Counted from the first letter of the stretch, positions 12,839 to 23,763 are shown. The stretch: DNA of 64,000 nucleotides from Chlorobiota bacterium (GCA_028287785.1 JAQBOZ010000017.1:72225-136224); one strand, 5' to 3'. Translations and numbers: made by a program. Notes: generated by a model not told the origin, from the sequence alone.

Positions 12839-13516
12839 TCAGACGCCGCGGCGATCCGGCTCCCAGATGAACTTATGAAGCTGGAGCTGAAAGCGGACAT
12901 CGAGACCATCCTCCAGGATTCTCTGAACAAGCTCGATCGGTTCAATGCCCCCGAACACCGGGGAGATCAGCACCGCCTGCGCGCGGTTCGGCAGATCGTG
13001 GACGCGGATCATCTCCCGCGTCCATTCATAATCCTCGTGGGAGCCGCAGACGAACTTCACCTCATCATTCCGGGTCAGATGGGGGATATTCTCCAGATGG
13101 TTCCGCTTCATCATGCCGGAACTCGGCGTTTTGAGGTCCATGATCCTGATGGCGCGCGTGTCGCACGACGAGATATCGATATGCCCTCCCGTCTCCACGG
13201 CGACGGTATAGCCCTCATCGAGCAATTCGGAGATGAGGAGGTTGACCTCCGGCTGTTCCAGCGGCTCGCCCCCGGTAAACTCGACGAACCGGGAGGGATA
13301 TCGGTCGATCTCCCGTCTGATCTCATCAAAGCTCTTCCAGTCGCCGCCGACCCGGTGATCCAGCGCGTACGGTGTATCGCAGTAGGCACAGCGGAGGCCG
13401 CACCCGTGCAGGCGAACGAACACGCAGGGCATGCCGGCGCGCGTTCCCTCCCCCTGCACGGAGAAGAAGATCTCGCTCAGCTTGAGCATCCGCTCATGAA
13501 TGGGTGTGATCATCAC
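12839..13516 (-). CDS. queE: 7-carboxy-7-deazaguanine synthase (radical SAM)
   Basis: CGLRCAYC radical-SAM cluster motif and QueE-like length and sequence. Its start overlaps the pheS stop by 4 nt. Confidence 0.8.
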   Translation of the reverse strand: MMITPIHERMLKLSEIFFSVQGEGTRAGMPCVFVRLHGCGLRCAYCDTPYALDHRVGGDWKSFDEIRREIDRYPSRFVEFTGGEPLEQPEVNLLISELLDEGYTVAVETGGHIDISSCDTRAIRIMDLKTPSSGMMKRNHLENIPHLTRNDEVKFVCGSHEDYEWTREMIRVHDLPNRAQAVLISPVFGGIEPIELVQRILEDGLDVRFQLQLHKFIWEPDRRGV

Positions 13517-14529
13517 GCCTGTTCCAGCAGCCGTACATCGTTTTCGTAGAGGACGCGGATATCATCCAGCCCCATTCTGAGCATTTCCGTCCGCTCGATT
13601 CCCATGCCGAACGCATAGCCGCTGTAGATCTCCGGGTCGATGCCGCAGTTGCGGAGGACATTTGGATGAACCATGCCGCAGCCGCCGATCTCCAGCCATC
13701 CGCTCCCCTTGCAGATCTTGCAGCCGGCCCCGCCGCAGAGGAAGCAGGAGATATCAATCTCCGCCGACGGCTCGGTGAAGGGGAAGTAGGAGGGGCGGAA
13801 ACGGAACTGCACATCGGCGCTGTAGTACGCCTTCGCGAACTCGAAGAGGGTCCCCTTCAACTGCGCCATCGTGACGCCGCGATCGATGTAGAGCCCCTCC
13901 ACCTGATGGAATTCCGCGAGCGCGCGGGCGGACACCGCCTCGTTGCGATAGACGCGTCCCGGCATGATGGCCCTGATCGGCGGCTTCTGCGACTGCATCA
14001 CCCGGATCTGCACCGGCGATGTATGCGTGCGGAGCACGATATCGTCCCGGTCGCCGACCTTCACGAAAAAGGTATCCTGCATATCGCGCGCGGGATGATC
14101 CGGCGTAAAGTTCAGCGCCTCGAAGTTGTGATAATCATCCTCCACAATCGGTCCGGTGGCAATCGCGAAGCCCATCCGCACGAAGATCTCCTCCATCCGC
14201 TCCTTCGCCGCCATGATGGGGTGGGGATGGCCGCGATAGAGCGTTCGGCCGGGGAGGGTGACATCGACGCGCTCCGTTGGCTGTGCCGCCGCAACGGACG
14301 CCTGTGCTTCGGCAAGCGCTCCCTCGGCCAGCGTCCGCAGCTCATTCAACGCCTGGCCGACCTCCCGTTTCTCCTCCTTCGGCACCTCGCGAAGCCGGTC
14401 GAACAGTTGTGCGATGGTCCCCTTGCGGACAAGGTGCTTCAGCCGGAAGCTCTCCGGGCCGCCGTTCGACGCGATGGCGGTGATGTCCTGTTCGATCTGT
14501 TTACGGAGTTCGGATATATCGTTGAGCAT
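13513..14529 (-). CDS. pheS: Phenylalanine--tRNA ligase alpha subunit
   Basis: Class II aaRS motifs (FRPSYFPFTEPS, GMGIERT). Start chosen at MLNDISEL (14529) rather than the longer ORF-track start at 14586. Confidence 0.85.
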   Translation of the reverse strand: MLNDISELRKQIEQDITAIASNGGPESFRLKHLVRKGTIAQLFDRLREVPKEEKREVGQALNELRTLAEGALAEAQASVAAAQPTERVDVTLPGRTLYRGHPHPIMAAKERMEEIFVRMGFAIATGPIVEDDYHNFEALNFTPDHPARDMQDTFFVKVGDRDDIVLRTHTSPVQIRVMQSQKPPIRAIMPGRVYRNEAVSARALAEFHQVEGLYIDRGVTMAQLKGTLFEFAKAYYSADVQFRFRPSYFPFTEPSAEIDISCFLCGGAGCKICKGSGWLEIGGCGMVHPNVLRNCGIDPEIYSGYAFGMGIERTEMLRMGLDDIRVLYENDVRLLEQA

Positions 14530-14731
14530 GACGGGATTTCCAGGGAATGCTATAAGAGTGCCTGACAGACTGTTGAAGCACGTCATCTGCGGCGTTGGCC
14601 TTCACCGTTCGCTCACTGCGGCGTCCGGGAGGACGCCGCATTCACTCAGGTTCGGCCGCCTTGCAGCTGATCGTCCTTGAACAGTCTGAGCGCCGGAAGG
14701 ATTTCAACATCCTGTTAACGGAATGGACCGT

Positions 14732-14776
14732 TGTCTGAAAATACAAATCCCCTGATCGCGAACGAAAAGGGGATTG
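14732..14776 (-). terminator. Rho-independent terminator downstream of rplT (minus strand)
   Basis: On the minus strand, hairpin aaatcccct...aggggattt is followed by a uuuuc run, immediately after the rplT stop at 14804. Confidence 0.5.
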
Positions 14777-14803
14777 TTGAAAGTGTATGAGGATGATCGG
14801 AGC

Positions 14804-15151
14804 TTAACCGTTCACATGCTCCACGATCATCTTGAACACGTCAGGCTCGTGCATTGCGATCTCGGCGAGCACCTTCCGGTTGATCACCAGACCCTTCTTG
14901 TTCAATGCGTCGATCAGGCGGCTGTAGGTTGTCCCATTGATGCGCGCCGCGGCATTGATACGCACGATCCACAGACGGCGGAAATTTCTCTTCTTGAGAC
15001 GGCGATCGCGATATGCGTGCGAGAGCCCCTTCTCAATATGATTCTTGGCTATGGTCCAGACATTACTCCGTTCACCCCAGTAGCCTTTTGCCAGCTTTAA
15101 TATGCGCCGGCGGCGTTCGCGCGAGGCGACCTTGTTTTTTGAACGTGGCAT
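14804..15151 (-). CDS. rplT: 50S ribosomal protein L20
   Basis: Unambiguous L20 sequence ([26 protein letters not shown]...). Confidence 0.9.
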   Translation of the reverse strand: MPRSKNKVASRERRRRILKLAKGYWGERSNVWTIAKNHIEKGLSHAYRDRRLKKRNFRRLWIVRINAAARINGTTYSRLIDALNKKGLVINRKVLAEIAMHEPDVFKMIVEHVNG

Positions 15152-15352
15152 TGATTCCCTTTACAGATTTTACGTTGAATATTGACGCAGGCGAGTATCT
15201 GTACGGCCTGAGGCCGTCGCCCTGTCTGAGTTGAACTGCCGAAAGGAGTGATGGAGATCACATCCCGCGGGCATCAGGGCACATGCGCCGTGCGCGTAAT
15301 TGAACATCGGCGACCGGAGGCCCGTGGGCATCCGGGCTGCTAACGCAGCATT

Positions 15353-15547
15353 CTACAGCCCGAGCATCCGTTTGATGCGCGGCTCATCGACGGCACCAAC
15401 GGTAACGGACTTGCGAAGCTGACGGAGGCGCTTCGGGGCCTTCTTCGTCAGGATATGGCTGCGATTCGCCGTCTCCCGCTTCAAGTGACCAGAGGCGGTA
15501 AGCTTGAAGCGCTTCGCCGCACTCTTCACGGTCTTCATCTTCGGCAT
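15353..15547 (-). CDS. rpmI: 50S ribosomal protein L35
   Basis: [15 protein letters not shown]...: a 64-aa L35. The start is at 15547, not the longer ORF-track start at 15634. Confidence 0.85.
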   Translation of the reverse strand: MPKMKTVKSAAKRFKLTASGHLKRETANRSHILTKKAPKRLRQLRKSVTVGAVDEPRIKRMLGL

Positions 15548-15630
15548 GAATAGCTCCTCTATGAATCTGTTAACGACTGACTTCCGATGCTGGGATCGTT
15601 GGCGATCGCCGGGATGATCCGGCGATCCGA

Positions 15631-16134
15631 TCACTTCTTCTTCTTGATTTCCGGGGAAAGGATGATCGACATGTTTCTGCCGTCCATCCGAATCGCCTGG
15701 TCCACCTTGGCATCCTCATTCAACGCCAGGATGATCCCTTCGAGCAGTTCCCGCCCGATATTCTGATGGGTCATCTCACGTCCCTTGAAGACAACTGTGA
15801 ACTTTACCTTATGCCCTTCGAGCAGGAACTCGCGGGCATGGCGCGTTTTAAAATCGGTATCATGCGTATCGGTACGAGGGTGCAGACGAACCTCTTTCAG
15901 CTGCTGCTGATGCTGGTTCTTGCGCTGCGTCTTCTCGCGCTTCTGCTGCTCATACCTGAACTTGCCGAAGTCGATGATCTTGCAGACCGGTGGCGTGGCC
16001 TGCGGGGCGATCTCAACAAGATCGAGCTCCCGGTCCATCGCAAGCTGAAGGGCTTCGCGAGAGGACATCAGCCCGAGCTGTTCTCCATGCTCGTCGATCA
16101 CGCGGACGCGAGGTGCGCGGATCTCCCTGTTCAC
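15631..16134 (-). CDS. infC: Translation initiation factor IF-3
   Basis: IF3 N- and C-domain sequence in the conserved infC-rpmI-rplT-pheS order. The true start may be a non-ATG codon slightly upstream, as is common for infC. Confidence 0.8.
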   Translation of the reverse strand: MNREIRAPRVRVIDEHGEQLGLMSSREALQLAMDRELDLVEIAPQATPPVCKIIDFGKFRYEQQKREKTQRKNQHQQQLKEVRLHPRTDTHDTDFKTRHAREFLLEGHKVKFTVVFKGREMTHQNIGRELLEGIILALNEDAKVDQAIRMDGRNMSIILSPEIKKKK

Positions 16135-16382
16135 GCGCGGCTGCTGCTGGCGTGGGGCACTCTGTGACGGATTCCTGAGTATAGCCGTACTCCCGATTGT
16201 GAAGAAAGAAAAACAAATTCTACGGCAGACTAGCCGACAAAACTACGTAGTCCGAGTCTGACCGCAAAATTTTCGGTTTCCCGATTGAAGAAAAATGTCC
16301 ATCGCGACCCAAATAGTTACACCAGGCACGGGCCATCATCCCTCCAGTGAGGGGGATTCCGGCCGCCGGAGTAAATTCGGGG

Positions 16383-17246
16383 ATGGAGAAGATGCTCGAA
16401 CTGCGCGCCCCGGCCAAGATCAATCTTGGACTCGAAGTCATCCGTCGCCGACCGGATGGATATCACGATATCAACACGATATTCGCGGCGGTCGATCTCC
16501 ACGATACGATCTTCCTGAAGTCGCGCCCCGATAACGCCATCGACTGCCGTGTCGAGGGAAACGATTCCCTGACAAGCGACCGGAACAACCTCTGCGTCCG
16601 GGCCGCCGAAGCATTGCGAAACGCGACCGGATGCCGTCGCGGCCTGGATATCGCACTGCACAAGCGCATTCCGATGGGAGCCGGGCTGGGCGGTGGGAGT
16701 TCCGATGCGGCGGCCGTGCTGAAAGGCGCGGCAACGCTATGGGGAATCGATCCGGGCGACCGGGTTCTTCACGAGCTTGCGGCCGGCATCGGAAGCGATG
16801 TCCCGTTTTTTCTCGGGGCGCCTCTGGCAATCGCGGTTTCGCGGGGAGAGGAGCTTCGGGCGCTGGATATGAATCTCCCCCACGCCATCCTTCTGATCAA
16901 TCCCGGCATCCATGTCGCCACCCCCTGGGCATATGGGGCAGTCAACCGGGGCTCCGGGCGTTCCGCTTCCGACCTCACCACCATCCTTCAGCGCGGCCTT
17001 GTCAGTCCTGACCTGCTTGCCGGGCAGCTCGTGAACGATTTCGAGCCGGCGGTGTTTGCCGAGTATCCACTGCTGCGGATGCTCAAGGAGCGTCTTTACG
17101 AGGCCGGTGCCTTGTTCGCGCTGATGTCCGGCAGCGGATCGACAATGTTCGGGCTGTTCCAACGGATGGAGGATGCGCTCCATGCCGCCACGAACTTTCC
17201 CGGCTGCTGGCATGCCGTTACGCGGTTCGCGGCGCGCAGGGAGTGA
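16383..17246 (+). CDS. ispE: 4-diphosphocytidyl-2-C-methyl-D-erythritol kinase
   Basis: GHMP kinase motif PMGAGLGGGSSDAAA and IspE-like N-terminus KINLGLEV. Start taken at ATG 16383. Confidence 0.8.
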   Translation: MEKMLELRAPAKINLGLEVIRRRPDGYHDINTIFAAVDLHDTIFLKSRPDNAIDCRVEGNDSLTSDRNNLCVRAAEALRNATGCRRGLDIALHKRIPMGAGLGGGSSDAAAVLKGAATLWGIDPGDRVLHELAAGIGSDVPFFLGAPLAIAVSRGEELRALDMNLPHAILLINPGIHVATPWAYGAVNRGSGRSASDLTTILQRGLVSPDLLAGQLVNDFEPAVFAEYPLLRMLKERLYEAGALFALMSGSGSTMFGLFQRMEDALHAATNFPGCWHAVTRFAARRE

Positions 17247-17278
17247 AGGCGTCGGCATATGACGAACACATCGCGAAA

Positions 17279-18121
17279 TTATTCCTGTGACTGGCTGCTC
17301 TCGGCCAGGGAGATTGCCGGGAAGAGACGTCGTGGCTCCATATCGGGCTTTGGCGGGGCGACCGTAATTGGAATGCCGATGATGGGAAGATGGTACTGGT
17401 TGACCTTTCGGGCATCCACGAAGCCAACGCCGATCTTCCGCTGAAAGCGTTTGCCGGGGGGGAGCGCTATGCGTTCCCGCAGCAACGAGTCGCCCCACTG
17501 GCCGGTCATCACCCCGTTCAGTCGGCTGGCGAGGAGAGCTTCATCCCCATCCCGCATCACCCGGAGGCCGGGCAATGATGTGTCACCGAAGGCGATGATC
17601 CTGGCCGGCGAGCCGTTGTGGACATAGACAACGGAGCCCGTGGGGACCCTGCCGAAGAGCCGCGCCCCGGTCTCGTTTGCGATCCGTATGCACCCGTGCG
17701 AGGATGGGCGCTTTCCCAGAAAGCGGTAGTAGGATTTCCCATCCAGCCCATGAAAGCCGATGCCACCGTCAAACCCCATCCAGTAGTTCAGATAGACCTG
17801 AAATTCCTGCGACATCGTCTTTTTCGCCTTTGATTGCACGGAGAAGATGCCGGGTCTGGTGGCGATGCCATCCTCGATCTGCGGATTGCCGGTGGAGCAG
17901 GGATAGGTATCGATTCTTCCGCTTCTGAAGTGATGCAGGATCATCTGCCGATCCAGCCGAACTTCCAGGTACGAGGAGTCGAGCACGAACAGGGTATCGC
18001 GCAGCCTGCCGAATGAAGGACGATATGCCCCTCCTTCGGTGAAGCTGAAACGGTTCTGTCCATGGAGATTCCCGGCCCAGAAGGCGAGAGTCAGCAGGAT
18101 CGTGCTTGATAGACGGATCAT
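17279..18121 (-). CDS. L,D-transpeptidase (YkuD family)
   Basis: Catalytic SHGCIRI motif. A signal peptide follows the chosen start MIRLSS (18121). Confidence 0.7.
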   Translation of the reverse strand: MIRLSSTILLTLAFWAGNLHGQNRFSFTEGGAYRPSFGRLRDTLFVLDSSYLEVRLDRQMILHHFRSGRIDTYPCSTGNPQIEDGIATRPGIFSVQSKAKKTMSQEFQVYLNYWMGFDGGIGFHGLDGKSYYRFLGKRPSSHGCIRIANETGARLFGRVPTGSVVYVHNGSPARIIAFGDTSLPGLRVMRDGDEALLASRLNGVMTGQWGDSLLRERIALPPGKRFQRKIGVGFVDARKVNQYHLPIIGIPITVAPPKPDMEPRRLFPAISLAESSQSQE

Positions 18122-18675
18122 GATTGCGGTTCCGGACGTTATCGAATGTCGTGGCAAACTTACGAAGAATAGAGGCCGCGCTCTGTTTTTTGAGGCCCGA
18201 AAGTAACCATTGTACGAGTTGGAATGTTTATTGAGGTAACGCCTGTCATGTGAAGGGTTTCAGTGGAGAAGGATTGGCAACCGGATGATGAGACGTGACA
18301 GGAGAACGGGAAGATCGATCACGTGTCGTGACATATATTCACGTTCAGGGTCTCAATCGGAAGAAGGTTAGGAATCCTTTAAGAAGAGGGCTTAACGTAT
18401 GACCACATGAGATGGAAGAGCCGGGAGATCACGATCCGAAGATCGTAATGTCTGAAGAGCCTTCAACTATTTGGTTGCTCATACGTTAAAATGATTACAG
18501 TGCATTAATTCAGGTTCCTTGACATTCCCCTTGCGAATTGAAAATTAGAGTAATTTCTTTGCAGGTGAGAGTGGTTATGCGAATGGCACGCATTTGGAAC
18601 TTAAAGTAGGTTAAAAGATGTTAACTATTCGAGCCTGAGAATGGACTGACAGGATAAGCTAAAAGTGTGTGAGGT

Positions 18676-19278
18676 ATGGTCATGAATTACACGTATAAAT
18701 ATCCGAGCAAGATCCAGAGCATCAACGGCCGTAGATTCGGTCACATCAACGTTGCCGAGGATCATCTTAACCAGACTCACAACGAGTTGCTGAGTCGGCT
18801 GGACGTACCAGAGAAGACCATTGCCGTGCAGGTGGAGGTCAATGCGCCAAAGGATAAGGTATGGGCGACCGCCGCGGGCTCCGTGGCAAAGTTCTTCTCG
18901 CATCATCCCATCTTCGTTGGCCTGACGCATCTCAACTCCTTCGGTTCGGAGGAAGGGGGACGCTTTGTGATCCATCGTGCAATCAGCGGCTGTATTTTCG
19001 ATAGAATCGGCGAAGTCTTGATAAATATGCCGGATTCGCAGTTTACCGTCAGCGATGTCGAAATCGCGGATCCAAGCGTCAGCGGGTTCTTCCCATCCCT
19101 CTATACGGTGAAGGTGGAGGAGCATCCGGATGATCCTCAGAAGACGATCGTCCTCCTGACCTATACGATGCTTGGGGTCGCTCATCCGTGGGCGCTCGGG
19201 GTGCTGGCCTATCAGGCCAACGGCATCAAGTATCATTCGGAACATCAACCGAACGCAAACCCCGGAGCTGCCATGTAA
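18676..19278 (+). CDS. Hypothetical protein, possibly SRPBCC (Bet v1/START-like) fold
   Basis: A 200-aa ORF following a 518-bp AT-rich non-coding stretch. It has weak similarity to the polyketide-cyclase/CoxG-like pattern. The function call is tentative. Confidence 0.4.
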   Translation: MVMNYTYKYPSKIQSINGRRFGHINVAEDHLNQTHNELLSRLDVPEKTIAVQVEVNAPKDKVWATAAGSVAKFFSHHPIFVGLTHLNSFGSEEGGRFVIHRAISGCIFDRIGEVLINMPDSQFTVSDVEIADPSVSGFFPSLYTVKVEEHPDDPQKTIVLLTYTMLGVAHPWALGVLAYQANGIKYHSEHQPNANPGAAM

Positions 19279-19303
19279 GCTCGGTTCCGGTATGGATTTC
19301 GAC

Positions 19304-19342
19304 GAGCCCGTGGCGTGCAAGCGCCCCGGGCTCGTTCTTTTT
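19304..19342 (+). terminator. Rho-independent terminator after the 18676-19278 gene
   Basis: GC-rich hairpin gagcccgtggcg...cgccccgggctc followed by gttcttttt. Confidence 0.6.
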
Positions 19343-19601
19343 CCACCCGGCCGTCGTGTTCCGGTCGGCACGATCGAGTTCAGAGCGCGGTGGGAGGGGC
19401 CGGTATTACACACTTCTTTATCCACGGATACGGCGGGCTGGCGGGACATTGTGTCAGGCGTGGTTACGATCTATTAAGAGCTATCGCGGTCGCCGCTATT
19501 ATGTTTGCATCGTTGACGTGATCGATTTCAGGACAACGGTGTCGGATTTCGGATCAGGAGCCACCCCCGCTCGGGGGAACATTCAATCGCCGGAGATATT
19601 T

Positions 19602-20729
19602 ATGGGACTGTTCAGCAACAATTCATCGAAAGGGACAATCACCGAGGAGCAGGTGCGAGCCGTGCTCTCGAAAATCGAGGATCCTGATCTCCATCGCGAT
19701 ATCGTCTCGCTCGGCTTTGTCAAGGACGTGGCGATCTCCGGGACGGATGTCAGGGTCGTGATTCAGTTGACCACGCCGGCCTGTCCCGTGAAGGACCAGA
19801 TGAAGGCGGCCGCCGAGGGATATATCCGCCAGCTTGGCGCCACCGCCGTGGACGTTCAGATGACCGCCCAGGTGGTCGGCGGGACCAGGGGGGGGGGCAT
19901 GCTTCCGGGGGTGAAGAACACAATCGCGGTCGCCTCGGGAAAGGGTGGGGTCGGGAAGTCGACGGTTGCAGTCAATCTCGCCGTCGCGCTGGCGCAGGAG
20001 GGGAGCAGGGTGGGGATGATCGACGCCGATATCTACGGCCCCTCCGCGCCGCTCATGTTCGGGCTGGCGGGCCAGCATCCGCGGCTCTACTCGAACGAGA
20101 AGGGAGAGCGGAAGTTCGAGCCGCTGGTGGCTCACGGCGTTCAGGTGATGTCGATCGGGTTTCTGGTCGATCCGGAGCAGCCGGTGATCTGGCGCGGCCC
20201 GATGGCCTCCGGCGCTCTGAAGCAGTTCATGTCCGATGTCGACTGGGGCGATCTCGATTATCTGATCTTCGACATGCCCCCCGGAACCGGCGATATCCAG
20301 CTTACGCTTACCCAGTCGATTCCCCTCACCGGCGCCGTGATCGTCACCACGCCCCAGGATATCGCCCTGGAGGATGCCCGCAAGGGGCTGAAGATGTTCG
20401 AGCGGGTGCAGGTGCCCGTGCTTGGGATCATCGAAAACATGAGCTACTTCATCGCCCCGGATACCGGAGCGCGTTACGATATCTTCTCGCATGGCGGTGG
20501 CGCGAAGGCTGCCGAAAAGATGAACGTCCCATTCCTTGGCGAGATCCCGCTGATCATGGAAATGCGGATCGGCAGCGATGAGGGAGTGCCGTACGTGGTG
20601 CGGAACCCGGAATCGGAGGAGGCGGGGAATATCAGGAAGATCGCCCGGGCGCTGGCCGCGCAGGTCTCCATCGCGAACATGGGGGGGGCCCAGCAGCCGA
20701 TACAGATCATTCTCGGGAACGACCAGTAA
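19602..20729 (+). CDS. apbC: Iron-sulfur cluster carrier ATPase Mrp/ApbC (NBP35 family) with N-terminal DUF59/MIP18 domain
   Basis: Walker A GKGGVGKST, a CxxC-containing C-terminal region and the DUF59 N-domain. Start chosen at MGLFSNN (19602), in frame with the longer ORF from 19188. Confidence 0.8.
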   Translation: MGLFSNNSSKGTITEEQVRAVLSKIEDPDLHRDIVSLGFVKDVAISGTDVRVVIQLTTPACPVKDQMKAAAEGYIRQLGATAVDVQMTAQVVGGTRGGGMLPGVKNTIAVASGKGGVGKSTVAVNLAVALAQEGSRVGMIDADIYGPSAPLMFGLAGQHPRLYSNEKGERKFEPLVAHGVQVMSIGFLVDPEQPVIWRGPMASGALKQFMSDVDWGDLDYLIFDMPPGTGDIQLTLTQSIPLTGAVIVTTPQDIALEDARKGLKMFERVQVPVLGIIENMSYFIAPDTGARYDIFSHGGGAKAAEKMNVPFLGEIPLIMEMRIGSDEGVPYVVRNPESEEAGNIRKIARALAAQVSIANMGGAQQPIQIILGNDQ

Positions 20730-20741
20730 CCACGGGGCGCA

Positions 20742-21005
20742 ATGAACCCTTCGATGGAGCCAGCCTCCGAACCGGATATCGAGGAGCGGATACTCGCCGC
20801 CATTGCATCGATACGCCCCTATCTTCAGAAGGATGGCGGGGATGTGGAGTTCGTCAGGTTCGAGGCCGCGACCCGGACCTGCGAGATACGGATGGTCGGC
20901 TCCTGCGAACATTGCGCCCTTGCCCCGCTCACATTGCGGGCGGGGGTGGAGCAGGCGCTGATCCACAGCGTTCCGGAGATCCGGCGCGTGGAGCGGGTCA
21001 GGTAG
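20742..21005 (+). CDS. NifU-like Fe-S cluster assembly protein (Nfu C-terminal domain)
   Basis: 87-aa product with the Nfu motif GSCEHCA. Confidence 0.7.
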   Translation: MNPSMEPASEPDIEERILAAIASIRPYLQKDGGDVEFVRFEAATRTCEIRMVGSCEHCALAPLTLRAGVEQALIHSVPEIRRVERVR

Positions 21006-21621
21006 AGCGTCGCGGCTTCAGGGCGCTTCGGGCGATCCATCGCCATGGAAACTCCGCCGCCCTGGTGATGCCGATTCTCGGGGTCGCCACGACCTCATCA
21101 TCAGGCAGCATCTCCCCTTTCTCGATTCTGACCCGGGCATCGGTCATCAGATCGGCGCCGTTCATCCCGGAACCGATGCCAAGCGCGATCACCAGCTTTC
21201 CGGGGCCGTTGGTCAGCTCGATATCACGGCGGGGTGTTTTTCCTCTGCGATCGCGCATCGCGTCGATGCCTTCCAGCGGCTCCACTCCTCTGATCAGCAC
21301 CGCCTCACCCCGGCCCTCTCCGCCGGTCACCACGTTGAAGCAATAGTACATGCCGTAGATAAAATAGATATAGACATGGCCGCCGGCCTGGAACATCGGC
21401 CTGTTCCGGTTGGTGGGGCCGCGGTACGCGTGGCTGGCGTGATCCTCCGTCCCGAGATACGCCTCGGTTTCGATGATCCTTCCGGTTGTCCGGATGCCAT
21501 CGATTTCGGTGACAAGGATATGGCCGATAAGCTCGCGCGCCACCGTCCGGGCATCGCGGGTGTAGAAGCTCCGCGGGAGACGCCTGCGGACATTGTTTCG
21601 GATCGGGGGAACACTACTCAT
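20998..21621 (-). CDS. DNA-3-methyladenine glycosylase (MPG/AAG family)
   Basis: AAG-family sequence (ETEAYLG...HASHAYRG...GHVYIYFIYGMYYC...VLIR). Confidence 0.75.
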   Translation of the reverse strand: MSSVPPIRNNVRRRLPRSFYTRDARTVARELIGHILVTEIDGIRTTGRIIETEAYLGTEDHASHAYRGPTNRNRPMFQAGGHVYIYFIYGMYYCFNVVTGGEGRGEAVLIRGVEPLEGIDAMRDRRGKTPRRDIELTNGPGKLVIALGIGSGMNGADLMTDARVRIEKGEMLPDDEVVATPRIGITRAAEFPWRWIARSALKPRRST

Positions 21622-21768
21622 CGTCGGCAGCCGTTTATCGGCCCATTACTATCGTAAGCGGACGGACACTCCCTTGCACACTCCGTGCCTGTGGAGTATG
21701 TTTGATGTCTTTCTTCGTGGAGAACTCCTCCATAGTGGAGTGTCTGCTCTGCTTCCTCGTGCTCTGCT

Positions 21769-23583
21769 ATGAACCATATTAGAAATTTCTGCATCATTGC
21801 GCATATAGATCACGGCAAATCGACGCTGGCTGACCGTCTTCTGGAGACAACCGGACGGATCACGGCGCGCGAGATGACCACCAACCAGGTTCTTGACGAC
21901 AACCCCCTTGAACAGGAGAGGGGTATCACCATCAAGCTTCATGCAATCCAGATGGATTACAAGCGGAAGCCGGAGACTGGCGATACGGCGAACTACGTCC
22001 TGAACCTGATCGATACCCCCGGCCACGTCGACTTCAGCTATGAGGTCTCCCGCTCGCTTGCCGCGTGCGAGGGGGCGCTCCTGGTGGTGGACGCCACGCA
22101 GGGGGTGGAGGCGCAGACAATCGCGAACCTCTACCTGGCGATCGAAGCCGGGCTGGAGATCATCCCGGTCATCAACAAGATCGATCTTCCCTCCGCCGCA
22201 ACAACGCTTCCCGGTGTCAAGCAGCAGGTGCTGGATCTCCTCGGCTGCAAGGAGGAGGATATGATCCTTGCCTCGGCCAAGGCCGGTATCGGCATCGATG
22301 AGATTCTCGAGGCCATCGTCGCCAGGATTCCATCGCCGCGCGGCAACCCGGCCGCACAACTGCGGGCGCTGATCTTCGACTCCCTCTTCGACAGCTATCG
22401 TGGCGCCATCACCTACGTGCGCGTGGTGGATGGGGAGCTGCACGAGGGGCAGAAGATCAAGTTCATGCACAGCAAGCGGGAGTACATCGTGGAGGAGGCG
22501 GGCGTTCTCCACATGGACCGGATCAGGACCAAGGTGATCCCCTGCGGCTCCGTGGGATACTTTACCGCGGCCATCAAGGATGTGAAGGATACCAAGGTCG
22601 GCGATACCGTCACCACCGCCAAGGATGGCGCCGAGCTGCCGATTCCCGGATTCCGCGAGGTGAAGCCGATGGTCTTTGCCGGCCTCTATCCCGCCGATTC
22701 CGATGACTACGAGGCACTGCGGGATGCGCTTGGCAAGCTCTCGCTGAACGATTCCGCGATTCTCTACGAGCCTGAGACCTCCACGGCGCTCGGCTTCGGG
22801 TTCCGCTGCGGCTTCCTCGGCATGCTCCACATGGAGATCGTCCAGGAGCGGCTGGAGCGGGAGTTCGATCAGACGCTGGTGACCACGATCCCGAACGTCG
22901 AGTACATCGTCACCAAGACGAACGGCGAGCAGGTGACGATCGATAATCCGGCCGATCTGCCGCCGGTGGGACAGATTGAGACGATCGAGGAGCCATATAT
23001 CAAGGCGCAGATCATCTGCCCGGCCGAGTATATCGGCGTGGTGACGAAGCTCTGCATCGAGCGGCGCGGGATCTACAAGAACACCACCTACATCTCGCAG
23101 TCCCGCGTCGATCTGACGTTCGAGCTGCCGCTGGCGGAGGTGATCTTCGATTTCTACGACAAGCTGAAGTCCGGCTCGCGCGGGTACGCGTCGCTGGATT
23201 ACGAGGTGATCGGCATGCGGGAGGGGGATCTGGTGAAGATCGATATCCTTCTGAACAACGATCCGGTGGATGCGCTCTCGATGATCATCCATCGCTCGAA
23301 ATCCTACGGCTACGGACGGAAGCTCTGCGCGAAGCTCCGGGAGTTGATCCCGAGACAGATGTTCGAGATCGCGATTCAGGCCGCTATCGGCGCCAAGATC
23401 ATCGCCCGCGACACCATCAAGGCGATGCGGAAGGATGTGATCGCCAAGTGCTACGGCGGCGATATCTCCCGCAAGCGGAAGCTCCTCGAAAAGCAGAAGG
23501 AGGGGAAGAAGCGGATGAAGCAGGTCGGCGCGGTCGAAATCCCCCAGGAGGCATTTCTCGCCGTGCTTTCGATGGATGACTGA
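21769..23583 (+). CDS. lepA: Elongation factor 4
   Basis: GTPase motifs [14 protein letters not shown] and NKID, plus the LepA-specific C-terminal domain. Confidence 0.9.
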   Translation: MNHIRNFCIIAHIDHGKSTLADRLLETTGRITAREMTTNQVLDDNPLEQERGITIKLHAIQMDYKRKPETGDTANYVLNLIDTPGHVDFSYEVSRSLAACEGALLVVDATQGVEAQTIANLYLAIEAGLEIIPVINKIDLPSAATTLPGVKQQVLDLLGCKEEDMILASAKAGIGIDEILEAIVARIPSPRGNPAAQLRALIFDSLFDSYRGAITYVRVVDGELHEGQKIKFMHSKREYIVEEAGVLHMDRIRTKVIPCGSVGYFTAAIKDVKDTKVGDTVTTAKDGAELPIPGFREVKPMVFAGLYPADSDDYEALRDALGKLSLNDSAILYEPETSTALGFGFRCGFLGMLHMEIVQERLEREFDQTLVTTIPNVEYIVTKTNGEQVTIDNPADLPPVGQIETIEEPYIKAQIICPAEYIGVVTKLCIERRGIYKNTTYISQSRVDLTFELPLAEVIFDFYDKLKSGSRGYASLDYEVIGMREGDLVKIDILLNNDPVDALSMIIHRSKSYGYGRKLCAKLRELIPRQMFEIAIQAAIGAKIIARDTIKAMRKDVIAKCYGGDISRKRKLLEKQKEGKKRMKQVGAVEIPQEAFLAVLSMDD

Positions 23584-23763
23584 TGCGTTCGGGGGAACAT
23601 CGCAAACGGCGCGCGCGATCCACGGGCCGCGGGCCCGATGGAAGGGGATTGCAGGGTAACATTATCGCGCGAGCAGGCGTAGGGGGCAGATCGCCCACGG
23701 CTTTTTCCGCTCGGAGATATGCCGGGGCATCATCAAGTTCAGTTGAGTAGACACCAGACAGTT

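Noticed and set aside
16471-17498. Long antisense ORFs across ispE (e.g. 16737-17498 minus, 253 aa)
   Set aside because: They are antisense to a confidently identified ispE, and the translations are Arg/Pro/Gly-rich, so they are high-GC artefacts.
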